64,000 bases of DNA from contig CAVZVA010000005.1 in the NCBI GenBank assembly GCA_963778655.1, positions 416,001 to 480,000 on the forward strand. Direction: 5' to 3'. The stretch is from an uncultured delta proteobacterium. Lineage in GTDB: Bacteria; Myxococcota_A; Polyangia; Polyangiales; JAFGIB01. Below the pieces are notes generated by a model. The model worked only from the letters and a program-made list of their open reading frames with translations. It was not told the DNA's origin and did not search any database. A program made the translations under genes and the position numbers. Shown here in pieces: positions 53,130 to 63,408 of the stretch (the first letter of the stretch is position 1; every line of letters starts with the position of its first letter).

Positions 53130-53984
53130 ATGGCCACGACTGATTCCCCCGCGAGCGCCAACCCTACGGCGCAAGACTCCAAGACGCTGTTCCTCGACCG
53201 GCCCGGCGGGCGCATCGCCTACGACGTGAGCGGCAACGGGCCGCTCGTCGTTGGGGTGCCCGGCATGGGCGATCTGCGCTCGAACTTCCGTTACCTGGTG
53301 CCCGCGCTGGTCGCGGCCGGCTACCGCGTGGCGACCATGGACTTGCGCGGGCACGGCGATAGCGACGCGACCTTCAGCGCGTACGACGACGTCGCCGCAG
53401 GCTCTGACCTGCTCGCGCTGATCGCGCAGCTCGGGGGGCCGGCGGTGGTGATCGGCAACTCGATGGGCGCCGGCGCGGCGGCCTGGGCTGCTGCCGAAGA
53501 CCCGGCGGCCGTGGCGGGCCTGGTGCTGGTCGGGCCCTTCGTGCGCAATCCCCCTGTGGGCGCGCTCAAGGTGCTGTTGTTCAGGCTGGCCCTGCTCAAG
53601 CCCTGGGGTGCGGCAGCCTGGAATTCGTATATCCCCAAGCTGTATCCGGGGCGGCCTCCTTCGGACCTGGACGAGCACCGCGTGCAGATCCGCGAGAGCT
53701 TGCGCCGGCCCGGCCACTGGGCCGCCTTCGCGGCCACCACGCACACTTCGCATGCGCCGGCCGAGGCGCGCCTGGGCGAGGTCCGCGCGCCCGCGCTGGT
53801 CGTGATGGGAGCGGGCGACCCGGACTTCGACGATCCGCGCGCCGAAGCGTCGTACGTCGCGGACCGCTTGCGCGCCCAATCGGTGATCGTTCCAGGCGCC
53901 GGGCACTACCCGCACGCGGAGTATCCCGAGATCGTCAACCCCGCGATCATCGGCTTTCTCGGGCGTGTGACCGCGCGTGCCTAG
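53130..53984 (+). CDS. Alpha/beta fold hydrolase
   Basis: DLRGHG, GNSMG, AGHYPH. Confidence 0.9.
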   Translation: MATTDSPASANPTAQDSKTLFLDRPGGRIAYDVSGNGPLVVGVPGMGDLRSNFRYLVPALVAAGYRVATMDLRGHGDSDATFSAYDDVAAGSDLLALIAQLGGPAVVIGNSMGAGAAAWAAAEDPAAVAGLVLVGPFVRNPPVGALKVLLFRLALLKPWGAAAWNSYIPKLYPGRPPSDLDEHRVQIRESLRRPGHWAAFAATTHTSHAPAEARLGEVRAPALVVMGAGDPDFDDPRAEASYVADRLRAQSVIVPGAGHYPHAEYPEIVNPAIIGFLGRVTARA

Positions 53985-54621
53985 GGCCGGGCTCACGCGC
54001 GAGCGGGTGGTCGCGGAGGCGGCGCGGCTTGCTGACGAGGTCGGCTACGAGCGGTTGACCGCGGCCGCAGTCGCCGCTCGCTTCGGCGTGCGGCTGCCGA
54101 GCTTGTACAAGCACGTCGACGGGCTGGACGCATTGCGCCGCTTCGTCACGCTGCTCGCCCTGCGCGAGCTCGGTGACGAGCTCAGGCGCGCAGCGGTGGG
54201 ACGATCGGGCAGCGTGGCGCTGCGCGCGCTGGCGCACCGGTACCGCGACTATGCACACCGCCATCCGGGCCGCTACGCCGCCACGCTCCACTCGCCGGAC
54301 CCGAGCGACGAGGCGCTGAGCGCCGCCGCCGAGGCGATCCTCGAAGTCGTGTTCGCGGTGCTGTCCGGATACGGGCTTTCGGGCGCCGACCTGGTCGACG
54401 CCACGCGCGTCCTCCGCAGCGGGCTGCACGGTTTCGTGAGCCTGGAGGCGGCCGGCGGGTTCGGGATGCCGCAAGACGTCGACCGCAGCTTCGAGCTGCT
54501 GGTCACGGCGCTCGACACCGCATTCGAGGACTGGAACGCCAGTGCCGCAGCGCGCAGCCGGCCGCGGGTCGCGGCCGCGACCCAACGCCGCAAGCCGAGG
54601 AGACGGCCAAGCCTGAGCTGA
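53977..54621 (+). CDS. TetR family regulator (WHG-type C-terminus)
   Basis: VAARFGVRLPSLYKHV, LHGFVSLE. Confidence 0.9.
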   Translation: MPRAGLTRERVVAEAARLADEVGYERLTAAAVAARFGVRLPSLYKHVDGLDALRRFVTLLALRELGDELRRAAVGRSGSVALRALAHRYRDYAHRHPGRYAATLHSPDPSDEALSAAAEAILEVVFAVLSGYGLSGADLVDATRVLRSGLHGFVSLEAAGGFGMPQDVDRSFELLVTALDTAFEDWNASAAARSRPRVAAATQRRKPRRRPSLS

Positions 54622-54653
54622 TCGTACGTGGCACCGAGCCACGGCCGGCCGGC

Positions 54654-54824
54654 CTAGAGCACCGAACATATTGAAACACGCACGATTTCGGGGCCCTCGC
54701 GGGCGCATGGCACGCGCGCTCCCCGCTCGACGTAGGATGTACTGCGCCTTCGGGCTCCCGCCCGCACCCTGCATCCCGCCATGACCCCGACTTCGCACAC
54801 GTTTCAATATGTGCGGTGCTCTAG
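54654..54824. mobile_element. MITE-like element B, copy 2 (171 bp)
   Basis: ctagagcaccgaacatattgaaac ... gtttcaatatgtgcggtgctctag; differs from 994-1164 by only a few substitutions. Confidence 0.85.
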
Positions 54825-54929
54825 CGCGAGCTCCGGCCAAGATGGCAGCTTCACCCAGGCTCGCCGCCGGCGCGCGACGCTCGCGCAGGCGTCGACATCG
54901 CGGCGAGCCATCGGCTAATCTCACGCCAC

Positions 54930-55544
54930 ATGACGATCCAAGTGATTGGCGCGGGATTCGGGCGTACCGGGACGGATTCGATGCGCGAGGCGCTCGACAT
55001 CCTGGGCTTTGGTCCTTGCCACCACATGCGCGAGGTCAACACGCATGAAGAGCAGAAACGCCTGTGGCGGGCGCTGGCCCAGGGTGAGGCTCCGCGCTGG
55101 GACCAGCTCTTTGCCGGCTACCGATCGTGTGTGGATTGGCCTTCGGCACACTACTGGCGTGAGCTGATCGAGGTCTATCCGCAGGCCAAGGTCGTGCTGA
55201 CCTACCGCACGGCCGAGAGTTGGTGGCAGAGCTTTGTGCAGACGATCTTGGCGGGGATCAGCGAGAGTAGCGATCCCGCGTCGCTCGGGGTCGCGTTGGT
55301 CCGGGACCGGGTGTTTGGTGGCAAGCCCCAGGATCGGGAGCACGCCATCGCGCTCTACCAGGCCAACGTCGAGGCCGTGAAGGCGACCGTGCCGGAGCAG
55401 CGACTGCTGATCCATAGCCTCGGAGATGGTTGGGCGCCGCTATGCGCGTATCTCGGCGTCGCGATTCCGACCCAGCCCTATCCCAGCCGCAACACGACGG
55501 ATGAGTTTCGCCGGGCCCGGCTGCAGACCTCGTCGTCGAAGTGA
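54930..55544 (+). CDS. Sulfotransferase-family P-loop protein
   Basis: VIGAGFGRTGT, CHHM, VDWP, DGWAPLCAYLG. Confidence 0.85.
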   Translation: MTIQVIGAGFGRTGTDSMREALDILGFGPCHHMREVNTHEEQKRLWRALAQGEAPRWDQLFAGYRSCVDWPSAHYWRELIEVYPQAKVVLTYRTAESWWQSFVQTILAGISESSDPASLGVALVRDRVFGGKPQDREHAIALYQANVEAVKATVPEQRLLIHSLGDGWAPLCAYLGVAIPTQPYPSRNTTDEFRRARLQTSSSK

Positions 55545-55831
55545 GCCTGCATTGGCGCCTTCAGGAGCGCTTCGACGATTTCTGAGCCACCGGCCTCGTT
55601 CCGTGCGCCTGTTCGGGCATGCGGTATCCGACTCGAAGCAAGATTGGGCTCCAAATAGGATATCAGCTCGCAAGTCGGTTCCAGACTTTCGAACCGATGA
55701 TCCCCAGATCCTGTGGTTACCGGAGGCGGCACGCGCCTCCCCCGCCCGTCGAGCAAAGCTCGCCGGGGCCCACCCCCACGCGAGGCCGCTTCGCGGCTCC
55801 TTCTCCGGACGGGCTAGCGTGCAATACCTCA

Positions 55832-57493
55832 GTGGCAGTGTTTGCTTGCACCGCCCTGCTCTGGGCGTGCTCCGGGGGCGGCAATGGCGGCACGACCTTT
55901 GGCGCCGCAGAGGGGATCGGCGGCGGAACGCCGGGGAGCGCGATAGGCAGCGGCGGCACGACCGGCGCGGGCGGCACCGCCGCCGCGGGCTCGGGCGGGT
56001 CGAACGGCGCAGCGCCTGGCACGGGCGGCACGGCCTCCGCGGGGACCGGTGGCACGCCGGGCACGGGCGGCACCCGCTCGGCGGGGACCGCTTCATCCGG
56101 AGGAGCAGGTGGCGCAGCCGGGGCGGCGGGCGCGATGTCGATTCCGATGTATTCGCTGCGGGTCGATGCGCCAATTAGCGGCGCGACCGTAGGCGGCGTC
56201 GTCACGGTGAGCGGCCTCGCTCCTGGCTTTCTGAACGTGGAGGTCTCGGACGCTACACACCAGCAACCGCCGCTCGCACAGACCGCGCCTGCAGCCGACG
56301 GCACGTTCTCGACCACGGTGGATACGAGCGCGCTTGCAAGCGGGTCGACGACCTGGACCGTCCACGCTTGGGATAGCGCTCCGGGCCAGTCGTTTGCACA
56401 CGAGGCCATGCTCGACCGGCCCCTCACGATCGATCAGGCGGCAGGGGGAGGCGGAACCGCCGGCGCGGGCGGCTGCACGCCGCGGAGCGATGCCCAGCTA
56501 TGCCAGGACGCCGGCAAGAACTGCGATACCTATGCGACCACCGACAACTGCGGCAGCAGCCGAAGCGCCAGCTGTGGGTCCTGCTCGGGCACCTGTACGA
56601 ACAACGTGTGCCAGACGACCACTGGCGGCCGCAACTTCCTGCTGGGCATGTTCAGCAGCGGCAGCGAGATCACCAGCTATTCCTCGTACCTCGGCTATCA
56701 CCCCGAGGTGACTTACAACAGCAGCTATCAGGATGACCACCATAAGTCGAGCTGCGGCCAGCCGATCAGTGGGCTGAACGACATCAACAACTACCCGGTG
56801 ATCATCTCCGTGTTTACCTACAACGCCGACTACGCCGGGACCGCCCAGGGTAACCACGACGACTGCTACGAGACCCTCTTTTCGGGCCTCGAGTCGAAGG
56901 CCAACAGCATCTATGGCGTTCGCATCGACGTCGAGTTCTACCCGCAGCCCCCGGCGGCCGAGTTCAAGGGGTCGTTCGACCGCATCGTGTCGATCGCAAA
57001 GAAGCACCTGCCTTCACGGGTCAAGTACATCTTCAATCCGAACTGGGACTCGGGGCTCGGCGCGGACTACGTGCCCGACAGCGCCGACGTGGTCGGTCCC
57101 GATGCGTACAACAATCCCACCTGGTGCTCCGGCAAGAGCTCGGCACAGTGCGCTGCAGACAAGCTCGATCCCAATCACCCCGGCTCGATCGCCTACTGGA
57201 CCAAGATCGCCCAGCAGCTGGGCAAGACCATGGCGTTGCCCGAGTGGGGTGACGACTATGGCGACGGCGTGTACATCGACGCCGTCGCGGATTGGGCGTT
57301 CGACAAGGTGCTGGTGACGCCCGGCATGTCCAACAACGTGGTTTATCTCGGATATTGGGACTCGAACCTCAACGAGGACGGCCACCTGCGCAACGATGCC
57401 AAGACCGCTTTCCAGCAGCGCTTCGGGAACATCTCGTACACCGGCACCTACTGGGGTCCGCTGATCCCGACCACGAGCTTCAGCAATTTCTAA
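55832..57493 (+). CDS. Lipoprotein: Gly-rich linker, Ig-like domain, Cys-rich segment, GH26-like catalytic domain
   Basis: LWAC lipobox; RIDVEF, FNPN, DVVGPDAY, ALPEWG. Confidence 0.72.
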   Translation: MAVFACTALLWACSGGGNGGTTFGAAEGIGGGTPGSAIGSGGTTGAGGTAAAGSGGSNGAAPGTGGTASAGTGGTPGTGGTRSAGTASSGGAGGAAGAAGAMSIPMYSLRVDAPISGATVGGVVTVSGLAPGFLNVEVSDATHQQPPLAQTAPAADGTFSTTVDTSALASGSTTWTVHAWDSAPGQSFAHEAMLDRPLTIDQAAGGGGTAGAGGCTPRSDAQLCQDAGKNCDTYATTDNCGSSRSASCGSCSGTCTNNVCQTTTGGRNFLLGMFSSGSEITSYSSYLGYHPEVTYNSSYQDDHHKSSCGQPISGLNDINNYPVIISVFTYNADYAGTAQGNHDDCYETLFSGLESKANSIYGVRIDVEFYPQPPAAEFKGSFDRIVSIAKKHLPSRVKYIFNPNWDSGLGADYVPDSADVVGPDAYNNPTWCSGKSSAQCAADKLDPNHPGSIAYWTKIAQQLGKTMALPEWGDDYGDGVYIDAVADWAFDKVLVTPGMSNNVVYLGYWDSNLNEDGHLRNDAKTAFQQRFGNISYTGTYWGPLIPTTSFSNF

Positions 57494-57539
57494 ATGACCG
57501 ATCACGATTCGGGAACGGCCATCCCGATCGGTCACTTAG
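57490..57539. repeat. 50-bp hairpin starting at the TAA stop (CTAA...TTAG)
   Basis: ctaaatgaccgatc ... gatcggtcacttag, followed by a second hairpin ggtgcggc-ggat-gccgcacc. Confidence 0.6.
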
Positions 57540-57799
57540 GGGTGCGGCGGATGCCGCACCACCGCGAGAGGGTGAATGCGCAACCACGCTCACGGTCGGA
57601 ATAGGCGAAAAGGACGGTTTTTCATTCTCGACCCTTACCGTCAACGGAATCGCCGCCGGCTTGCGCAATAGCGGCTGAGCGCGGGGCGCCGGCAATGCCT
57701 TGCCGGCTCGGCTCGACTTGGGAAGCTAGGCGCATGTGGCAAGCTGGACGGCGCCGGCGGGGCCCAAGACTCTATCTGCCGTTTCGCGATAGGCGTCCG

Positions 57800-58606
57800 A
57801 TGCCGGGCGGGATGTACAGCCTCGGCGACCCCCACGCCGGCGACACGGAGATCGAGCTCGACGATCAGCTGCCGCGCTACCGGGAGGGCAAGCGCGCGGC
57901 GCTCGACGCGGGTCGCGGCCCGTATCGGGAGCAGACCTTTGTCGCGGCCGACGCGGTCGTGGCCAGCTGGCTCTGCTCGGTGCTGAGAGCCGAGCATCCG
58001 GGGCACATGCTCGAAACGGCTCTCCGATCGGGGCTCGATGATCTCATGGCGGGGATCCAGGAAGACCTGGTCGTCATGCAGCGTGAGGAGGGCGCCGCTG
58101 CCGCGCACGCAACCGCGGCCTACACCAACGTGTGCTTTCCCAGTGGGTGGTGCCCGCGCTGCTTCCATGGCCGCGATTTCTTCGGGCTGCACGAAAAGGT
58201 GCCAGCCGAGGGGAACTTCAAGGCCAAGAATCGCGAGCGGCTGGCCGAGCGCTTGTTCAACATTGGACTCGGCCCGACGGTGCGGTTCGTGTGGAGCGTG
58301 GCATCCGACGGCCAGCTCGACCGGCGTCACTGTGAGCTGTGCGGCGACAACGCCTCTCTCACCCCGTGGCCGCAGTGCAAGACGCCCTTTCTTCGCGTAG
58401 AGCGCCAGGTGATCGTGCCTCTCGACGCGCGATTCAGCGCCTTTCTCATCCGCGTCTACATGGCTCCGGTGTCGTCGCTTTCGCCGGAGGCGCTCACAGA
58501 TCTGGTCGAGAGCGTGCGGCGCATGGACGAGGCGGTCGCCCGTTACAAGGGGCTCTTGCGGCATAGAGATCACATTCTCGCGCTCCTGGCTTCGGCGGCG
58601 CTGTGA
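57800..58606 (+). CDS. Heme-dependent oxidative N-demethylase alpha-subunit-like (DUF3445) protein
   Basis: IQEDLVVM, CFPSGW, LHEKVP, LRVERQ, YKG; start uncertain. Confidence 0.75.
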   Translation: MPGGMYSLGDPHAGDTEIELDDQLPRYREGKRAALDAGRGPYREQTFVAADAVVASWLCSVLRAEHPGHMLETALRSGLDDLMAGIQEDLVVMQREEGAAAAHATAAYTNVCFPSGWCPRCFHGRDFFGLHEKVPAEGNFKAKNRERLAERLFNIGLGPTVRFVWSVASDGQLDRRHCELCGDNASLTPWPQCKTPFLRVERQVIVPLDARFSAFLIRVYMAPVSSLSPEALTDLVESVRRMDEAVARYKGLLRHRDHILALLASAAL

Positions 58607-58688
58607 GAGACAAGCCGGTCAAAGGCCTGCCCCCGGGCATTCTGTTGTGCATAGTTGGCAGGCCGCGGCGTGATGGAGATACTGCGGC

Positions 58689-59834
58689 GTGGTCGCAGCC
58701 ACCCATCACGTCTTTCTGCTGCCGGGATTCCTCGGAATCGAGAGCATCGGCGATGTCGCCTACTTCGCGCACGTACGCGAGGTGCTCGGCCGAGAGCTGG
58801 CCGAGCGGGGGGTGAATGCAGAGATCCACGGAGTGCGAACTTTTGCCACGTCCTCGCTGCGCTCGCGAGTGCTGCGTCTGGTGGAGACGATTGCGGCGCG
58901 CGCGGACGACGCTTCACCGGTGCACCTGATCGGGCACTCGGCCGGGGGGCTGGACGCCCGGCTGTTCTGCGCGCCGGGCTTCGATCTCGGCACGGGCCGC
59001 GACACAACGGCTCTGGTCGAGCGCGTACGCACGATCGTCACAATCGCCTCGCCCCATCGCGGCACACCTCTGGCCACGTTCTTCACCACGCGCTTTGGGG
59101 CGCAGCTGCTGGGCGTGCTCTCGCTCGGCACGACCTACGTGCTGCGCTTCGGGCGGCTGCCGATTTCGGTGGTGGTGCGGATGGCGGCGCTGTTCGTGCG
59201 GCTGCACGGGCGGCTGGGGCGCTTCGAGAACTCGGTCGTGCACGAGATGCTCGAGCGCATGCTGGGGGACTTCTCCTCCGACCGCCGCGACGAGCTCAGC
59301 GAGCTGTTCAAGGAAATGGCGTACGACCAGGCGCTGATGGCGCAGCTGATGCCGGAGTCGATGGACATGTTTGACGCCGCAGCCGGCAGGCGTCCTGGGA
59401 TCCGCTGCGGCTCGGTGATCACCATGGCCGAGCCCGTGTCTCTGCACGGCGTGTTGCGCTTGGGCTTGGACCCATATTCGCAGGCCACGCTCGCGTTGTT
59501 CGGCGCCCTGCGCCGGCTCACCGCGGAAATGAACGAGCACTATCTGCCGAAGCTCGCGCCCGAGCAGTGGCAGCCGCTGGAACGCGGGTTCGGTCGCAGG
59601 CCGGGCGCGGGCGACAACGACGGCATCGTGCCGGTGCTGGCTCAGCTCTGGGGCGAGATTGTCCACGTCGCGCGTGCCGATCACTTCGACGTCATCGGCC
59701 ACTTCAACGACGCACGGCACGACCCGCCGCACTTCGACTGGCTCGCCAGCGACTGCCGCTTCGATCGCGGCAGCTTCGAGCGTCTGTGGCGCGACGTGGC
59801 CGGCTTCGTCGCGCAGAGCGCGCGCCCCGGCTGA
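58689..59834 (+). CDS. Lipase/esterase (alpha/beta hydrolase)
   Basis: LLPGF, IGHSAGGLD, PHRGT, NDGIV, DHFD. Confidence 0.88.
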   Translation: MVAATHHVFLLPGFLGIESIGDVAYFAHVREVLGRELAERGVNAEIHGVRTFATSSLRSRVLRLVETIAARADDASPVHLIGHSAGGLDARLFCAPGFDLGTGRDTTALVERVRTIVTIASPHRGTPLATFFTTRFGAQLLGVLSLGTTYVLRFGRLPISVVVRMAALFVRLHGRLGRFENSVVHEMLERMLGDFSSDRRDELSELFKEMAYDQALMAQLMPESMDMFDAAAGRRPGIRCGSVITMAEPVSLHGVLRLGLDPYSQATLALFGALRRLTAEMNEHYLPKLAPEQWQPLERGFGRRPGAGDNDGIVPVLAQLWGEIVHVARADHFDVIGHFNDARHDPPHFDWLASDCRFDRGSFERLWRDVAGFVAQSARPG

Positions 59835-59951
59835 GCGCTGTCGCGATCATGGCGGCCTCGGAGGGGCTTGCAATGTCCGACGGATGCGTGACGTCCCCCA
59901 TTTCATCACCGCCCTTGTTTCTCGCGTCCGTTGGCTGCTACAGCTCCGGCG

Positions 59952-61064
59952 ATGACACCCGTCGATCCCGCGGTCGCTCCGCTGTTCAGACCTTTTGCGC
60001 TGGGTCCGCTCACGCTGCCCAACCGCTTTGTGATGGCGCCGATGACGCGCACGAAGTCGCCCGGCGGCGTGCCCACCGACGAGGTGCTGGCGTACTACCG
60101 CCGGCGCGCCGAGCACGGCGTCGGCCTGATCATCACCGAAGGCACGACCATCGGCCATCCGGTCGCGACGCAGCATCCGGACGTCCCGTGCTTTCACGGC
60201 GCCGACGCGCTGGCCGGCTGGAAGCGCGTGGCCGACGCGGTGCACGCGGCCGGCGGACGGATCTTTCCGCAGCTCTGGCACGTCGGCAGCGCGCGGCGCA
60301 AGGGCACGCTGCCGTATCCCGAGCAGGAGAGCATCGGGCCGTCGGGCTTGGTGGCGCCGGGCAAGAAGCGCGTGCGAGAGATGACCGAACGGGACATCGC
60401 AGACGTGATCGCCGCGTACGCCAAGAGCGCGCGCTCGGCGCGCGAGCTCGGCTTCGACGGCCTGGAGCTGCACGGCGCGCACGGCTACCTGATCGACCAA
60501 TTCTTCTGGAGCGGCACCAACGTGCGCACGGACGCCTTCGGCGGCTCGCTGGTCGCGCGCACGCGCTTTGGCGCGGACGTCGTGCGCGCCGTGCGCAAGG
60601 AGGTCGGGCCTAGCTTCCCGATCGCGCTGCGCTACTCGCAATGGAAGCTGCAAGACTACGAGGCCAAGCTGGCCACCACCCCGGCGGAGCTCGAGGCGTT
60701 CCTCGGGCCGCTGGTCGAAGCGGGTGTCGACGTGTTCCACGCCAGCACGCGCCGCTTCTGGCTGCCCGAATTCGAAGGCTCGAAGCTGAACCTGGCCGGT
60801 TGGACCAAGAAGCTCAGCGGCAAGCCCGCGATCACGGTCGGCAGCGTCGGTCTCGACCAGGAGTTTCTGGTCGCGTACGTCGGCGTCGGCGCGCAGTCTC
60901 GGGGCCTCGAAGAGCTGGTGGCGCGGCTGCAAGACGAAGAGTTCGACTTGGTCGCGGTTGGACGCGTGCTGCTGCAGGATCCGGCCTGGGTCGAAAAGGT
61001 GCGTGAAGGTCGCCACGCCGAGATCCGCGCCTTCGACGCCGCCAGCCTGAAGGTGCTGTACTGA
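59952..61064 (+). CDS. NADH:flavin oxidoreductase (Old Yellow Enzyme family)
   Basis: NRFVMAPMTR, QLWHVG, ELHGAHGYLIDQF, VAVGR. Confidence 0.93.
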   Translation: MTPVDPAVAPLFRPFALGPLTLPNRFVMAPMTRTKSPGGVPTDEVLAYYRRRAEHGVGLIITEGTTIGHPVATQHPDVPCFHGADALAGWKRVADAVHAAGGRIFPQLWHVGSARRKGTLPYPEQESIGPSGLVAPGKKRVREMTERDIADVIAAYAKSARSARELGFDGLELHGAHGYLIDQFFWSGTNVRTDAFGGSLVARTRFGADVVRAVRKEVGPSFPIALRYSQWKLQDYEAKLATTPAELEAFLGPLVEAGVDVFHASTRRFWLPEFEGSKLNLAGWTKKLSGKPAITVGSVGLDQEFLVAYVGVGAQSRGLEELVARLQDEEFDLVAVGRVLLQDPAWVEKVREGRHAEIRAFDAASLKVLY

Positions 61065-61131
61065 GCCCAGGCGGCCGGTCGCGCGCTGCATCCCAGCCTT
61101 GGTCGCATCGCAGGTGCGAGCCCGCGTAGTG

Positions 61132-63408
61132 TTAGGGGCAGCCCGTGTTGGCGCCGTGGTCGCACAGCACGACGCGCCCGTAGCCGCCGCCCCCGCCGCC
61201 GCCGCCGTACCAGGTGGGTTGAGGCGAGGGTGTGGGATTCGAGGCATCCGAGCCGGGGCTGCCGGGGTCGCTCGAGCCGTTGCCGCCCGTGCCCGTGCCG
61301 CTGCTGGAGGTCGTGCTCCCGCCCTTGCCACCGTTGGCTTGAATGCTCGCCCCGCTGGTCGACAGCACCAGCGCCTCGACTCGGATCGCTCCGCCCGAGC
61401 CGCCGCCCCCGCCGCCGAAGTAGTTGCTCCCGCTGCAGCGCCCGGGTCCTGCGCCGCCGTTGGCGTGCAAGCTACCGGTGAGCGTCAGCGTGCCGCCGAC
61501 CGCCAGCTGAAACGCGCCGCCGCCCGCGCCGCTGCCGCTGCCGGAGCACAGCCCGGCGGTGCCGCCTCGGCAGCCCGCCAGCAGCGGCACCAGCGCGGGG
61601 TTGCCGCGTGCGATGCCGCCGTCGCGCCCGCCGCAGTCGTCGCCGTCGCCGCCGCGTCCGCCCGCGGTGCCGAAGCCGCCGCCGCCTCCGCCGCCGGTCT
61701 CGTCCGACCCGCCGGCGCAGCTGGTGACGTCGCCGCCGTTGCTGGTCCCGCAGCTGGCGTCGTTGCCGCCCGCGCCGGGCGTGGTGCCACTGGCGCTCGC
61801 GTCGATCGTGCCCGAGATGGTGGCGTCGCCGAACACAATCAGCGCCGCCGGCCGCAAGCCCTTGATCGTCAGCTTACCGTTGGAGCGCACGTCGAGCGCC
61901 TGCAGCGCGACGACCGCCAGCTCCGGGCCGCCCGCCTGCGACTGCAGGGTGATCGGAGGCTTGGTGCCGGAGCACCAGGTCGTGAAGCTGGGCGTGCCGC
62001 TGGTGTCGAGCACGGCCGCGCAATCGAACGTGGTCGTGGCGGCCGCGAGCTGCGGCTGCAGCGGCGCGAGGTCGACATTGGCGGGGGCGAAGCCAAGCCC
62101 GCAGCCTGTGGCCGCGACCGCGCCCAGAGGATTGCTCGGGCAGGCGTCGGCGCAGTCGGGGGTGCCGTCGGCATCGCTGTCGGTTTCCAGGTTGCCGCAG
62201 CCGCACGCGCCGGCTGCAACCTTGTCGGGGTCGTTGGGGCAGCCGTCGTGGCAGTCGAGCGTGGAGTCGCTGTCACTGTCGACGTCCGGAACGCCGCAGC
62301 CGCACACACCGGGCGCGAGCTTGTCGGGGTCGTTGGGGCACCCGTCGGAGCAGTCCGGCTCCGCGTCGCTGTCGCTGTCGGTGTCGGTCACGCCGCAGCC
62401 GCACGCGCCGGGTGCAAGCTTGTCGGGGTCGTTGGGACAGGCGTCGTTGCAAGCAGCAAAGCCGTCGCCGTCGGCGTCGTCGTCGGGCACGCCGCAGCCG
62501 CATTGACCCGGGTCCTCCTTGGCAGCGTCGTCCGGACAGCCGTCGGGGTCGACCTCGCACACGAAGGCAGCGACGTTGCCGCAGTCCTGGTCGCTCCAGC
62601 TGCCGTCGCCCGACATCTTGGCGCAATCCTCGTCGGTCGAGGCGGCGTCGGGTTGGCCCGGGGCCCAGCTCGCGTACTGCGAAAGCACGGTCGAGCCGTC
62701 CGTGACGCCCTGCCAGAACGGCACACCGTTGTCCGCCCAGCGCCACAGCCCCTCGAGGCCGCTGTCGCTGGCGCCGATCCAGCTCTCGGCCTGCAGCTGC
62801 GACACGATGAAGTCGGCTTCGGCCTGGTCGTCGATGCGCACCAGGTCGCCCCGTGGCTCGGAGCGGCAGCGCCCGCGCGCCTCCATCCAGGTGAGGTTGT
62901 TGGTGCAGAAGAAATACGCGTTGCCCTGGTACTCTCGCGGCGTGCAGCTCGTCTCCGGCAGACACGGTCCGTCGACGTCGACGTTGCGCTCACAGCCGTT
63001 GTCGGCCAGCCCGTCGCAGTTCGCGTAGTGGTCCTGGCAGCTCAGGATCGTGCAGCTTCCGGCGGCGCAGGTGCTGGTCGCCACCTGCGGCCGTAGCGCG
63101 CACCAGCGGTCGCATGCCGCCACGCACGCCGCGTCCGCCTGATCATCACAGCCGCCGTCGCTGGTCGGGCCGGAATCGGGCCCGACGCGTCCGCCGTCGG
63201 CCGTTGCGTCAGGTCCGCCGCGGATCGTTGCGTCGCCTCCGCCGTCGACCGCCGGGGCCGATCCACCGGACTCGCCTGCGGGTTGGCCGGAATGGCTCTT
63301 CAACAGTGCTGGATCGTAGGCGCTGCAACCGTAGCCGAGCACCAGGGCGAGCCCTGCGGCCACGACACCAAAGCGCTCCGCTGCCGGCCGCCGACGCAAT
63401 CGGATCAT
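61132..63408 (-). CDS. Lipoprotein with C-type lectin domain, thrombospondin type-3-like repeats and Gly-rich C-terminus
   Basis: GYGC lipobox; WMEAR..C, WIGASD, WAPGQPD, WSDQDC..FVCE; DxCPNDPDK repeats. Confidence 0.88.
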   Translation of the reverse strand: MIRLRRRPAAERFGVVAAGLALVLGYGCSAYDPALLKSHSGQPAGESGGSAPAVDGGGDATIRGGPDATADGGRVGPDSGPTSDGGCDDQADAACVAACDRWCALRPQVATSTCAAGSCTILSCQDHYANCDGLADNGCERNVDVDGPCLPETSCTPREYQGNAYFFCTNNLTWMEARGRCRSEPRGDLVRIDDQAEADFIVSQLQAESWIGASDSGLEGLWRWADNGVPFWQGVTDGSTVLSQYASWAPGQPDAASTDEDCAKMSGDGSWSDQDCGNVAAFVCEVDPDGCPDDAAKEDPGQCGCGVPDDDADGDGFAACNDACPNDPDKLAPGACGCGVTDTDSDSDAEPDCSDGCPNDPDKLAPGVCGCGVPDVDSDSDSTLDCHDGCPNDPDKVAAGACGCGNLETDSDADGTPDCADACPSNPLGAVAATGCGLGFAPANVDLAPLQPQLAAATTTFDCAAVLDTSGTPSFTTWCSGTKPPITLQSQAGGPELAVVALQALDVRSNGKLTIKGLRPAALIVFGDATISGTIDASASGTTPGAGGNDASCGTSNGGDVTSCAGGSDETGGGGGGGFGTAGGRGGDGDDCGGRDGGIARGNPALVPLLAGCRGGTAGLCSGSGSGAGGGAFQLAVGGTLTLTGSLHANGGAGPGRCSGSNYFGGGGGGSGGAIRVEALVLSTSGASIQANGGKGGSTTSSSGTGTGGNGSSDPGSPGSDASNPTPSPQPTWYGGGGGGGGYGRVVLCDHGANTGCP
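62137..62544 (-). repeat. Four tandem 99-bp (33-aa) intragenic repeats
   Basis: Unit D(G/A)CPNDPDKLAPGxCGCGVPDxDSDxDxxxDCx, four times plus a partial DACP. Confidence 0.85.

Noticed and set aside
54821..54888. Third element abutting element B copy 2 (ctagcgcgagc...gctcgcgcag)
   Set aside because: Short, GC-only, imperfect inverted repeat without the central motif; could be chance
55560..55830. Possible c-di-GMP riboswitch upstream of the GH26-like gene
   Set aside because: Only small hairpins; the GEMM consensus could not be matched
62137..62544. Regularly spaced repeats as a CRISPR array
   Set aside because: In-frame 99-bp coding repeats with no unique spacers and no cas genes
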